Shown: in pieces, positions 29,008 to 38,881 of the stretch
Layout of the letters: the number at the start of each line of letters is the position of its first letter
How positions within the stretch are numbered: position 1 is the first letter of the stretch
Program-made: the position numbers and the translations under genes
IMG/VR virus record: IMGVR_UViG_3300040758_000047
Location: 32,504 to 96,503 of that record
From: a virus
Length of the DNA stretch: 64,000 nucleotides
Direction: 5' to 3' (one strand)
Notes under the pieces: model-generated
Seen by the model: only the letters and a program-made list of their open reading frames with translations
What the model was told of the DNA's origin: nothing
Database searches by the model: none

Positions 29008-30114
29008 TCAACTTGTAGCCCGCTGTTCTGAGGGGCATAGCCCCGCAAGGCTCATCCCGAGCCTTTTGATGTTTAGTGCCGCGTTGTGATCCCGCCCCAA
29101 AGTCAACCCGCATGAACAGGAATGCACCCGCTCGCTAAGTTCCTTTCGGATGATGACACCACAGCCGCTGCACTTCTGAGATGTCCCCTTCGGGTTGACC
29201 GGCACCATCCACTTACCAGCGTATTCTGCTTTGTAAGTTACCTGCCAGATCAACAGCCCCCAGGCTGCATCCATGATTGACTTTGCTAACTTGGATCGCA
29301 CCATATTTCGGATCTTCAGATCCTCGTGAGCAATTAAATCGTAGTTCGCTACCAGCCACTTGCTGACGTGGTGGATGTAGTTCAACCGCGCACTTGCGGC
29401 CCGTTGATGAGCGCGGCGCAACGCCTCACGCGCACGGAGGCGGTTATGTGACCCGCGCGTCTTGGTTGCTAACGAGCGATTGGCGGAGGCGATCCGATTT
29501 TCGTGCTGACGTATCCAACGCGGATTCTCAATCTCGGTTCCGTCACTCAGTGTCGCCAGGGTAGTCAGGCCAACATCAATCCCTACCGGGTGCATTACCA
29601 CGCACTTCTCTGGGGCGGGGCCGATATCACAGACTACGTTAGCCGTCCATCTCTTGCCATCACGCTTTACCGTGCAGTATTTTGCGCGGCCCCAAATAGG
29701 ACGCCCACCACGCGCCCGAATATCCCCCACGTTCGGTATTTTGATCGAACGCTCGCGGACTACGGGCAAACTGAACCCGAAGGAATCGTACCTGAAACGT
29801 GAACGATAACGCGGGAACCCCGGCTTCTCGCCAGCCTTGCAACGGCGGTAGAACGCCTTGAATGCCCGGTCAACCCGACGCAACGGGTCACGCTGGATAT
29901 CACAGGCGATCCACTGGAATGCCAGGTCTTTGCGGAGTTCCGTCAACTCCTTCTGCTGGTCATAGTACGTGATCGACTTGTGCTGGAGTTTCCATGCCTC
30001 TTTTCGCTCCTGAATACAGGCGTTCGCAGTCTCGCAGTTATCCTCAAGAATCCGATTCAACTCCGCAACCTGCGTAGCGTTTGGACGAAGACGAAACTGA
30101 AAGGTTCTCAGCAT
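29008..30114 (-). CDS. tnpB: IS200/IS605-family RNA-guided endonuclease TnpB (solo, no tnpA)
   Basis: FQFRLRPN, PGFPRYR, RuvC-I GIDVG, RuvC-II HEDL, TSQKCSGCG/CSCG zinc finger, RuvC-III RDHNAALNI; D-E-D triad intact. Confidence 0.93.
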   Translation of the reverse strand: MLRTFQFRLRPNATQVAELNRILEDNCETANACIQERKEAWKLQHKSITYYDQQKELTELRKDLAFQWIACDIQRDPLRRVDRAFKAFYRRCKAGEKPGFPRYRSRFRYDSFGFSLPVVRERSIKIPNVGDIRARGGRPIWGRAKYCTVKRDGKRWTANVVCDIGPAPEKCVVMHPVGIDVGLTTLATLSDGTEIENPRWIRQHENRIASANRSLATKTRGSHNRLRAREALRRAHQRAASARLNYIHHVSKWLVANYDLIAHEDLKIRNMVRSKLAKSIMDAAWGLLIWQVTYKAEYAGKWMVPVNPKGTSQKCSGCGVIIRKELSERVHSCSCGLTLGRDHNAALNIKRLGMSLAGLCPSEQRATS

Positions 30115-30137
30115 GTTTCAGCGCACAGGGGAGTCAA

Positions 30138-30545
30138 CTATATAATTCCCTTGACTTTCCTGGGGACCACCCGTCTGACCGGCTTGGATGGATCGGAGAT
30201 CGGGCCGGAGACCATGCGATTGTCGATCTCGGCATTCCCCAGTTTCGGCAGTTCCCCCGTGACTTTCTCGATCGTCTCCGCGATATGCGCCTGAGCTTCG
30301 GTTACGGCCACCGGAAGGTCCGGTGCCGGGATGTCCCACGGCATCTCCAGATCTTCACCGTCGAATGCCGTCGATTCCACCGGGGTCTCGGCAGGGGAAC
30401 TCTCCGCAGACTTGATTGGCCTTCCGGCTCCCCTCTTCCTTTTTCTGGGGACGTCCCACAGAGGCGACCCGCACTCCGCACAACGTTTCGGAGTTTCCAG
30501 GGTAGAGTCGAAGTCCTCTTCGCAACGAATACAGTGGTAGGTCAT
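30138..30545 (-). CDS. zinc-ribbon protein
   Basis: CIRC...PKRCAECGSPLWD. Confidence 0.65.
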   Translation of the reverse strand: MTYHCIRCEEDFDSTLETPKRCAECGSPLWDVPRKRKRGAGRPIKSAESSPAETPVESTAFDGEDLEMPWDIPAPDLPVAVTEAQAHIAETIEKVTGELPKLGNAEIDNRMVSGPISDPSKPVRRVVPRKVKGII

Positions 30546-30549
30546 TTAC

Positions 30550-31035
30550 TTATGTACCCTCCCTGATTCGCTTGGCGGCTTCCTTCAAGACGTCCCGCCA
30601 CCCAATGCAGGAATCTGGTTTATTCCCGGAGACCATCGTGTCTAGAATCTTTGCGCAGCGCTCGGAGATCACTTCACGACCATCAAGCAAAGTGATCCTC
30701 TTTTCCGTAACCTTCTTAATCATGCGTTTCCTCTTGTTTCCATTGTTCCGCCTCGCCTTCCCGGACGCCCTCTCCACGGTGAGCAACTCGAACTCCTCGG
30801 GGGATATGACCTTATCGATCTCGACAAATTCGATCGGGCCATCCTCATTATTAATCGACGCTACAAATGGCCAATCGTCAGTGAGTGAGTCCGTCCGAAG
30901 TCGATCTCGGAACCAACAGCAGCCGTCTTCTACTGCGATCTCCAAGTTGAGTTTCGCACCTTCCTCTTGGATTAGATTCCAAAAACGCGCCACGCGCTTA
31001 GCGCATTCATCAGTCGCTATTCTGATCGATTTCAT
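30550..31035 (-). CDS. hypothetical protein
   Basis: AGGAGG RBS. Confidence 0.55.
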   Translation of the reverse strand: MKSIRIATDECAKRVARFWNLIQEEGAKLNLEIAVEDGCCWFRDRLRTDSLTDDWPFVASINNEDGPIEFVEIDKVISPEEFELLTVERASGKARRNNGNKRKRMIKKVTEKRITLLDGREVISERCAKILDTMVSGNKPDSCIGWRDVLKEAAKRIREGT

Positions 31036-31492
31036 GATTGGTCCTCCTAGGAGCCTCGATCATCTTGAACTTGGTCTCGGTCAGCCATTGGTACAACGTG
31101 GTACCGGAAGCGTTGACCACACGGTAGGGCAAATACACCTCAGCGGCGGAAACCATCGAGGTTTGGATCATGGCGTTCTGCGCCTGCACCCACCTCAATA
31201 ATTGCCTCCAGGCAATTCGCTCGGCGTCGCGCATGGCTTTCTCGCGGAAGTCCGCACGGGGCCGCTTGGCTCTGGCTTCGAGCAGCCGGAAGACCGGCTC
31301 GATCCTGACCGGCATGTCGAACAGAACATCCTTCTCGCCGATGCGCATCACCCACCGCAGGCCGGAAACCCTGCCGTCTTTGTAATCCGTGTTGACCGCC
31401 GTTGCCCCGGAACTCACCAGTTCGCCCACAATCTCACTGACTGTCCGCTGAACGGAGACGCCGGTGGTTTCCATGAAAATCGCTTTGCTCAT
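31010..31492 (-). CDS. conserved phage protein
   Basis: AERIAWRQLLRWVQAQ...EVYLPY...TLY motif of a recurrent phage family. Confidence 0.65.
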   Translation of the reverse strand: MSKAIFMETTGVSVQRTVSEIVGELVSSGATAVNTDYKDGRVSGLRWVMRIGEKDVLFDMPVRIEPVFRLLEARAKRPRADFREKAMRDAERIAWRQLLRWVQAQNAMIQTSMVSAAEVYLPYRVVNASGTTLYQWLTETKFKMIEAPRRTNHEIDQNSD

Positions 31493-31559
31493 TTGGGGTC
31501 TTCCACTGGGCCGTAGACGACGCTCTTACCTGTTGCCGCATACCGGCAAAACTCCACCA

Positions 31560-31958
31560 GGTTGTCGTAAGATCCAACGTACTGCAAGCGGACGGCTTGC
31601 CCAGAAAGAGCCGCAGCGTTTACTAAGATTACTGAGAGACATTCATGCCTCGAATCAGGAGAGCGCTCAAGCTATACGCGCAAACACAGATGCTCACAAC
31701 AAGAAGCAGGAACCATCCCCATCCGTAGTGGCCCCACTGAAGCCGCCAGAAGCTATAGCCGCCTATTATGATGCTGAGCAAAATGAAAGAAAACGGAACA
31801 ACTTCTGGAAGTCGAGTGAGAGACTTGCAAAAGCAATCGTAAGTGGACAAGCTTCCCCTATAGGTTGGAGAAGCCAGAACTTTATGAAGAATGTCGGAAG
31901 GACGGCTGCTTTCAATATTGCGGTACGAGCGCCACGTGGCGCAACTATGCAGATCTAA
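31560..31958 (+). pseudogene. internally deleted remnant related to 33484-34464
   Basis: KNVGRTAAFNIAVRA versus KNMGRTAAFDVTVKA; boundaries approximate. Confidence 0.45.
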
Positions 31959-32596
31959 CTTCTTGTAGGGGGATGGGGACGTAACTATTTGAATCACTAC
32001 CCCAACCCAACAACCGAGAACGAACGCGACAGCCAGCTTCATAATTGGTCCTCCTACTCGGGTAGATAGTCGAGAATCTGTTGTGCGAACTGCCGGAGCG
32101 CTTCGATAGTGGGACCGTGCAGGTACAACAGGAGCCCGGAGTTCAGGAAATTGATGTACAGCGTGTTGTCGCCATGTCCTGGCGGGGACCCCCACGCATT
32201 GATGTCGGCAACGTTCAGGTGAATTGAAACCATTAGTGAGCCTCCGCTTCGGGATAACACAATTTGCAAACCCTGCCCTCCGGCACATCCCCTACGTGAA
32301 ATTCCGTCCGCCCCGGATGTAAGTCCACACGCCCGCACACCGCCTTACCATTCACCCTGATCTTGTGCCATGGCCGGTTGTGCCCTCCGTATTTCTGCCG
32401 TGCCCAAGTGGCTAGCATTCTGAACCAAATCGCTACTTTGACCACAATCCCGAACACGATCCTAAGCGCGAAGGCGATCCCGACCACGACCATGCCGAAG
32501 ACCACGATCCCGACCGTGACCACAGTGCCAACCACAACTGCCCAGACGATCCCGACCACGACTGCGACCACGACCATCTTGACCGTCTTCCGCGCA

Positions 32597-32860
32597 TCAT
32601 TTGCCGACTCCGAACGACTCGATAGCCCCTCGTTGCACATATAACTTCTCGCAGTGGAGGCGCTGTGCGTCTTTCCACGTCGCGGCCGACCACTCGCCAG
32701 TCTCATACACAATCGAAGGCTCGGCCAGTAGCACGCAATCCGTGTCCACGCCTTCGAGCACGCCAACATAGATGTAGTTTAGGCAGAGCAACACTACGCG
32801 CTCGCCAAGTAGAGATTTCAGGGCCTCACCTGAAACAACCTTCTTCATGCTCATCCTCAC
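32597..32860 (-). CDS. conserved small phage protein
   Basis: LLGERVVLLCLNYIYVGVLEGV...IESFG; followed by a Ser/Trp low-complexity ORF. Confidence 0.65.
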   Translation of the reverse strand: MRMSMKKVVSGEALKSLLGERVVLLCLNYIYVGVLEGVDTDCVLLAEPSIVYETGEWSAATWKDAQRLHCEKLYVQRGAIESFGVGK

Positions 32861-32894
32861 TTCCTCGTATTTGGTTCGGGTCGAACCAAATACT

Positions 32895-33375
32895 TCACTC
32901 CCTTTTCCCTTTCATTTCGTCGCAGTACGCTCTGATGAACGCCGCCGCGACTTGCGCGACGATTCCATCGCCGTAACCCCGCAATCGTCCCACACGCCCG
33001 GAAGTCCCATGAGCCAGCGGGAATGCGCCGCGTTCAACTGGCCGCAAGCCGGGACGATCTCCCACCCGTTGGGGCCGAGTAAGTACCCAATCGGCCGATC
33101 GCCAAAAGCCGTTAACCGGGCCTCGCCCAGCAGGGTCAGGTTGCCTCGCATCATCATTTCGCTGCCCTGCTCGCCGTCTGCCTTCTTTGGCGTTGCCCAG
33201 CCGCTCAGTTGCGCCTGCTCGTTCAGTGGCCACTGGCACATCTCTACTGTCTTGCGCCCGCTGTCCGTGTTCCCCGCTTCGTTGTTCCCGTTCTGCGCCG
33301 GAGTGCCCGCCATTGGCGTCGGCCAGCCAGCCAGCACAGCCGCTCCATCCAGATCGATCCCGCCCGTGTGTGTAG
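32895..33375 (-). pseudogene. 3' remnant of a split C5 cytosine methyltransferase with two overlapping frames
   Basis: One frame ends GRVGRLRGYGDGIVAQVAAAFI (motif X-like); the other carries WPTP...GQLNAAHSRWLMGLP (motif IX-like); catalytic N-terminus absent. Confidence 0.65.
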
Positions 33376-33483
33376 ACCGCAGGGTGAGAATCGCGAAACA
33401 AACATCGCCGCGCTCTGGTAATCCAAACGCGCCGGGACGTAAGTCAAAGGGTCAATGACGTCCAAGAGGTCTCGGATACATCT

Positions 33484-34464
33484 TTGAGCACAGAAGAAAA
33501 GCAGCAGCCCGAAAACTCCAACCACCAAGGACCGCAGGATGGTGGGCTGGACCGGCAGAACGACACGGAGCATGAACAGACCGGAGAGGATACAAAGAAT
33601 CCCGCCGAGCAAAAACCCAGCCGCTTTTATAAGGTGGCCACTCTGCCTATTCAATTCACTCGGCGAATTGTCAGATACATGTGGGGAATGGCCACTAGCT
33701 ATGAAGCTAAAAAGTTTTATATAAGTCCCATGGTGTGGCTGGAAGTCGGCGCTCTGAGCGTTCTGATCGTCTATACCGTCTTCACTGGTAGATTGGTGAG
33801 GATTACCAACAATACTCTTTCCGAGGTCAAAAAACAGAGCACCTCTTCTGAGCTTGCAGCTAAGGCGGCCATGAGCGCGGCTGAAACTTCCCTTGACGCT
33901 CTTAATCGTAACATTGATCAGTTTAGGATCGATGAACGCGCTTGGGTAGAGATTGATCCCATCAAGCCAATTCTTGTTGCACCACCATCGCCGCCATTCG
34001 GATACGTCTACAGGTATGAAGTATACCCTAAAAACATGGGAAGGACGGCTGCCTTCGACGTAACGGTCAAGGCGCAATCTAGCCAGAGCGACATCAGTAT
34101 GGGCACTCACGCAGACTGGATGCATAACTGGCAAGACAAGATGTTGCTCGACAAGTTTACGTACATGGGGACCGGAAAACCCGTCATTGTCCCACGCAAT
34201 CCCGTCACTCGGACTCTTGCTCCAAACACTATCTCTGCTGTTCCGTTCATCCTTACAGGACAAGAACCGACCATCTACCCAACCTCCGAAATGGTCTCTT
34301 TTCTGGTTGGTAGAATCGATTACCTTGACCAGTTCAAGGTTCCGCATTGGCTGAAGTTCTGCTTCTTTGTGGCCAATGCTCGCGGGGAGCTTTGGAATTG
34401 TCAAGAAGGTAATGACGAAGATCGCAATCCAGAGACGCCGCCTACTCCAGAGAAGAAGCGCTAG
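33484..34464 (+). CDS. single-pass membrane protein (moron-like)
   Basis: One TM helix, short coil, ERAWV...KNMGRTAA beta domain; antisense to its neighbours. Confidence 0.7.
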   Translation: MSTEEKQQPENSNHQGPQDGGLDRQNDTEHEQTGEDTKNPAEQKPSRFYKVATLPIQFTRRIVRYMWGMATSYEAKKFYISPMVWLEVGALSVLIVYTVFTGRLVRITNNTLSEVKKQSTSSELAAKAAMSAAETSLDALNRNIDQFRIDERAWVEIDPIKPILVAPPSPPFGYVYRYEVYPKNMGRTAAFDVTVKAQSSQSDISMGTHADWMHNWQDKMLLDKFTYMGTGKPVIVPRNPVTRTLAPNTISAVPFILTGQEPTIYPTSEMVSFLVGRIDYLDQFKVPHWLKFCFFVANARGELWNCQEGNDEDRNPETPPTPEKKR

Positions 34465-34519
34465 CCTGTCACGCCACCCCCAAGCGTAACCGGTGAAAGC
34501 CAGGAAAGTCAAGTATATT

Positions 34520-35000
34520 ATTACCCTTATTTCTCCCGCCCCTGGCCCCCTGTAATTTCTCCCCGCCATCGCTGGCTCCTGCATCTCGGACATCGCTTCG
34601 GCTCACCTTTCCCCACCCTCGGCGTCCAAACCCATGTGCAAATTACACACCTCAACACTTCTCTCTTATTTCTGTCACTTATTTCGGTATCCATAATCTG
34701 GATATACTCTGCGCTATTTCTGCCCTAAAGTCAAGAGTTTTTTTGCCCCTCATTTTTTCCCTGGGATTTTTTTTCCGCCGCGCCCGCAGAGGTCCAATGC
34801 TCTTCCCGGCCGCCGCCGCGCGCGACCCCTACCCCCTGGGCCTCCGGCCCGAGGTCCCAAATCTCGCGCGCGCCCGGCCTTGGAAATAAGCCAGAAATAG
34901 GACAGAAATAAGCACTAGGCCGCAAGGTGTTGATAACACAAGGACAGTGCTCTAGAGGCTCGGCGCAGTTTGACAGCAAACCGAAATAAGTGCAGTATCA
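34520..35000. promoter_or_regulatory. divergent control region with eight GAAATA(A/G)G-type boxes around a GC-rich core
   Basis: Reverse boxes at 34526, 34665, 34678, 34714; forward boxes at 34883, 34894, 34905, 34983; this is the strand-switch point. Confidence 0.6.
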
Positions 35001-35031
35001 AGAGGCCGAGCGGGAGAAAGGATGAAACACC

Positions 35032-35331
35032 ATGAAGGCAACTGAAGAACTCTACGAATTGAGGAACTACTACACGGCAGAGAACCTCATCTACCGCGAG
35101 TTGGGGCCAGCATGTGACGCCCTACAAAGACGCATGATCGCCGATAAAGCCAAGCGAGATCCACACTTTCATTGCTGGTGCGTGAGCCGCGTATCGGATG
35201 GCGCATTTTGGCAAGGTGCTGGTTGCACGCAATCGGCTCCGCATCCTACGGCGACGTTCGGACGCCGCATCTACACGGTTACAGGAGACGCCTTACGGCT
35301 GGAATTGGCCGCTAAGAGGATCCGGGGCTGA
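35032..35331 (+). CDS. early hypothetical protein
   Basis: First ORF of the rightward arm. Confidence 0.55.
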   Translation: MKATEELYELRNYYTAENLIYRELGPACDALQRRMIADKAKRDPHFHCWCVSRVSDGAFWQGAGCTQSAPHPTATFGRRIYTVTGDALRLELAAKRIRG

Positions 35332-35404
35332 GTAGTCCCACGTTGGACCTGAGGAGCCACCTATACGGCGCGCTCCGATTGGCCTAACGGCTAGAAAGGG
35401 AAAT

Positions 35405-35620
35405 ATGGACTTTATCAATCTGAGAGTAGTCAAGTACGTTCGCGGCATTCCGCCCTATGTGGCTGGCTCTTGGTTTTGCCCGGACGAAAAGCACCCCAAC
35501 CTGAAAGCAGCCATGCGACTGTTAGCTGACGCCCGCGAAGAGGAGCCGGGAGACTGGCGCATTGAGACACGCGGGACGGAGGTTGGTTGGCACAGCATCA
35601 CAGAACAGGCGACGGCGTAG
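35405..35620 (+). CDS. early hypothetical protein
   Basis: RBS and ORF. Confidence 0.55.
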   Translation: MDFINLRVVKYVRGIPPYVAGSWFCPDEKHPNLKAAMRLLADAREEEPGDWRIETRGTEVGWHSITEQATA

Positions 35621-35668
35621 CGTTTCTTCTCTCTTCCGCTCACAAGAGTAGAAGAGAGTGGAGGCACT

Positions 35669-35866
35669 ATGAACAAACGCACGGTTCGCTTTACCGAAGA
35701 GGCAATCAGACAGCACGATTACACCGACGAAGACGCGAAAATCTGGACCATAGACGCTGAGCGTGAGGTGCGCCGAGACGCACGCGGCGACTGGTACGTG
35801 GACACCTCGCGCGGCGACTCCAGTATGATAGAGTCCGCCGAAGCGGCGGAATTGATCGGTCAGTGA
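35669..35866 (+). CDS. early hypothetical protein
   Basis: GGAGG RBS. Confidence 0.6.
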   Translation: MNKRTVRFTEEAIRQHDYTDEDAKIWTIDAEREVRRDARGDWYVDTSRGDSSMIESAEAAELIGQ

Positions 35867-36108
35867 GATCTCACATCGAGCGGGTACTGCGCAAGTACGG
35901 GTTACCCAGGGGCGCTACGGCCACACGTATATTCCGCCTCGCTTGCGCGGGCGATCACACCGTGCCCGAAATCAGCGACATAACGGGTGCGGCGCAAGCG
36001 CTCGTGAGGCACTATATTTATCGCTGGCGAGCGGCTGGCCACAGGCTGATTTTACCTGATGGCCGAGAGCATAATGGTTTCCGGGGTGGCAAGAGGACAG
36101 CTAAATGA
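35863..36108 (+). CDS. putative HTH protein
   Basis: TVPEISDITGAAQALVRHYIYRWR. Confidence 0.55.
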   Translation: MRSHIERVLRKYGLPRGATATRIFRLACAGDHTVPEISDITGAAQALVRHYIYRWRAAGHRLILPDGREHNGFRGGKRTAK

Positions 36109-36314
36109 CGCGCGGCCGATGGCTTTGTAATGCTTCTGCCATTCCGACAGCGGCGCCGAGGTCCAGCTCAGGTTCTGCTGGCTCAGGTTCGCCGCCGCAA
36201 GGGCTAGGAATTTGCGGAACGAATCTAAACGCGCGTGGCGCGACTTGGGGATTACACGGCCTCGCTTGAGGCCGTAAGCAATCCAACGTGGGACTCAACA
36301 GGGAGAGGAACGTC

Positions 36315-36905
36315 ATGAAGACAGAATCAACAGAGGTGAATGCACCCTTGCACGTTGACGAAGTGTTTCGCGCGCTGGAAGCGTGGATTAAACAACGTCC
36401 CGGCCTGGACTGGCGCAATTACTATGACCGGGCTTACACGCGCAACGAATGGGGCAAGCTGGCCCCGTCCGACGGGTTGCGGGCGTACCGGACGGAGATT
36501 CGCGAGATAGGGAAGCATCGCCATCGGGCGCTATCAGCGTTGGATGAAGCCCGCGGGTTGACGCCTGCCAGGCCGGACCTGCTAGCGGACGCGTTCCGGG
36601 CGTTTAGCGGTAGACTGCAATGGCTGGTTGGGGAATCAGACTGGGCCGTTACGCCCGACTACACCTGTCCCTGCGGTATGTACGTGCATCCGTCAAAACG
36701 CAGTGACATTCAATGGCACATAAAAGATTGCCAGTATTACAACCACGGCCAGATTCACTACACTACGGGGCAGTACTGGCCGACAGAATACCGCAAGGCT
36801 GCAACGGCGGTACTTGAGGCTTACATTGCGGGCTGGAAACAAGCGGAAGCCGCGGAACATCCGCCCACATTCACCTATCGCACAATGGACGATGTGATGT
36901 ACTAG
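36315..36905 (+). CDS. hypothetical phage protein
   Basis: GAGG RBS; WIKQRPGLD..NY and YTTGQYWPTEYRKAA motifs. Confidence 0.65.
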   Translation: MKTESTEVNAPLHVDEVFRALEAWIKQRPGLDWRNYYDRAYTRNEWGKLAPSDGLRAYRTEIREIGKHRHRALSALDEARGLTPARPDLLADAFRAFSGRLQWLVGESDWAVTPDYTCPCGMYVHPSKRSDIQWHIKDCQYYNHGQIHYTTGQYWPTEYRKAATAVLEAYIAGWKQAEAAEHPPTFTYRTMDDVMY

Positions 36906-36928
36906 CCGAACGAAAGGACGTTTAGACG

Positions 36929-37330
36929 ATGCAAACGAAATCTGAGTTATTGAAGGAACTGGATCAGCTGGAAGCTGATATATCAGCCATCAAAAAAAAG
37001 TGGGCTGCTGGCTTTAGTGCGCGCTACCTCTGGGCTGCTGGCGTTAGTATGCGCTACCTCTGGGCTGCTGGCGCTAATGTGCGCAACCTCTGGGCTGCTG
37101 GCGTTAGTACGCGCGACCTCTTGGCCGCTGGCGCTAATGTGCGCAACCTCTGGGCTGCTGGCGCTAGTACGCGCGACCTCTGGGCTGCTGGCGCTAGTAC
37201 GCGCGACCTCTTGGCTGCTGGCGTTAGTACGCGCGACCTCTGGGCTGCTGGCGTTAGTGCGCGCGACCTCTTGGCTGCTGGCGTTAGTACGCGCGCCCTG
37301 CGCAAAATGGTCGAGGCGTTGCCAGAGTGA
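36929..37330 (+). CDS. 10-aa tandem-repeat protein, copy B (10 units)
   Basis: Near-identical N- and C-termini to 23985-24356. Confidence 0.75.
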   Translation: MQTKSELLKELDQLEADISAIKKKWAAGFSARYLWAAGVSMRYLWAAGANVRNLWAAGVSTRDLLAAGANVRNLWAAGASTRDLWAAGASTRDLLAAGVSTRDLWAAGVSARDLLAAGVSTRALRKMVEALPE

Positions 37331-37573
37331 AGGGCAAACTTGTACAATCAACTGTTTTTACCACACAGAAATAAAGTCGGTTTAACGGGTAGTCCCACGT
37401 GGGACTCTTGGCGAATCGGCCCGCCGCTAACCTTCAACCAGTGCGCGGCGGGCTAACCTAGGGGCTCGGGAGGCCCCGAAAAGGATGTTTAATGGGGTCT
37501 TTCTCCTTCCCCGAAGGGGAAGGACCTCAACCACAGAAACAAGTTCGTAGAAATTAGACTATTAGGAGAACTT

Positions 37574-37909
37574 ATGAAACGCTTACTGTTGGTTTTCGCA
37601 ACGCTCTGCGGCGCAGCCGTAGGGCAAGTAATTTCGGTTGACTCAAACCTGACGCTGACCTTTATCCCCATCCCTCGGTTGCTTGGGACAATGCTCGTCA
37701 CGGCCTGCTTTACCCAGCCGGACGTTCACACGGCGGTGATTACCACATACTCGAGCTCACTAGTCACTTCGGGGCTTCACCCAATCCAGAGCTTCACCCT
37801 GTCTTATCCTTCAAACGGGTGCTTTTCAACCTTCTGGCACTGGGGAGACCCAGCGAACATCAAAACCGTGGTCTACGCGGTCAACCCCGTGGAGGTCAAG
37901 ATCGAATGA
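37574..37909 (+). CDS. signal-peptide protein
   Basis: AGGAG RBS; MKRLLLVFATLCGAAVG-Q. Confidence 0.65.
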   Translation: MKRLLLVFATLCGAAVGQVISVDSNLTLTFIPIPRLLGTMLVTACFTQPDVHTAVITTYSSSLVTSGLHPIQSFTLSYPSNGCFSTFWHWGDPANIKTVVYAVNPVEVKIE

Positions 37910-38156
37910 AGCGGATTCAATCGCACTTCACAGTACTCTTGGTTCTGATTTTGTTCGGGATCATTGGGTACTTCGTTGGGGTTCATCTGTTCGAGTGATT
38001 CCACCGGCCCCGGTGACAGCGGGGCCTTAGGATGGAGGCACTAAGGACGTGGGCTATACACACTACTGGTATCGAAACGTGACCATCCCCACTGCGGTGT
38101 GGTCAAAGATCATCGCGGAAGTACCGGCCTAAACAACGAAAGGAAGAGAGAAATCC

Positions 38157-38831
38157 ATGAGCCACGCATGTGTGTTGGTAGCGGTCGATGTGGTGAACCC
38201 CAACGACCGCGCGGAAGTGGAAGCCGCCGTACAGTTCCAGATGGAACCTTACGACGCAAACGGCATTTTGTTTCGGGATGGCTCCCGTTGGGACTGGTAT
38301 CAGATCGGCGGGCGCTGTACCGGGATGTTATTCCCAGACTACAAGGCCAGCGAGGATCCTCGTAATAGCGAGGTCTGCGAGTTGTGTGCCGGAACCGGAA
38401 TCAGGCCGGAAGGACTCGCTCAGTTTGGACAAGCGTGGTACGACAGGTGCAACGGGTGCAACGGCTGCCACGGAACCGGCAAGGCACTAAAGCACCCTGG
38501 CTTCTGGGTGCCCTTCGATGGAGACATAATCCAGTTGAAGGAACTGAAGGGGAAGCCAGTACCGGCAGCGTATGCTTTCCTGCGGAATCGCCACTGGCAT
38601 GAACCTGAGCGTCTGGGCTGGTTCGGCTGCGCCACGGCGACTGAGTGCGAACTCAAAGACCCCGACAATCTTGATGTGGCGGCAAATAAGTGCGTCACGA
38701 CAGGCGACGAAAACGCCATTATTGTGGTGTGGAATGAGCCTTGGGAACTCTGGAAACAAAAGTTTCTCCATCGCTTCATTGAACCTCTGCCGCCCGAAAC
38801 TGTTTTGGTTGTGGTGGACTATCACGTATAG
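38157..38831 (+). CDS. phage protein with DnaJ-type CxxCxGxG zinc finger
   Basis: WDWYQIGGR, CELCAGTG, CNGCHGTG, C-terminal VVDYH. Confidence 0.7.
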   Translation: MSHACVLVAVDVVNPNDRAEVEAAVQFQMEPYDANGILFRDGSRWDWYQIGGRCTGMLFPDYKASEDPRNSEVCELCAGTGIRPEGLAQFGQAWYDRCNGCNGCHGTGKALKHPGFWVPFDGDIIQLKELKGKPVPAAYAFLRNRHWHEPERLGWFGCATATECELKDPDNLDVAANKCVTTGDENAIIVVWNEPWELWKQKFLHRFIEPLPPETVLVVVDYHV

Positions 38832-38881
38832 CGCCCGTCAGACCACGCAGCCCCTAACCGGGCTGCGTTCCTGGAGGCACT

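Noticed and set aside
29008-30114. TnpB as a nuclease-dead TldR-type repressor or a Cas12f with array
   Set aside because: All three RuvC acidic residues are present and no repeat array is adjacent.
33244-34593. 449-aa minus-strand ORF
   Set aside because: Mostly antisense to the 326-aa membrane protein; no recognisable domain.
23985-37330. 30-bp repeats as a CRISPR array or DGR template/variable pair
   Set aside because: No unique spacers, substitutions are not adenine-specific, and no reverse transcriptase or cas genes are in the window.
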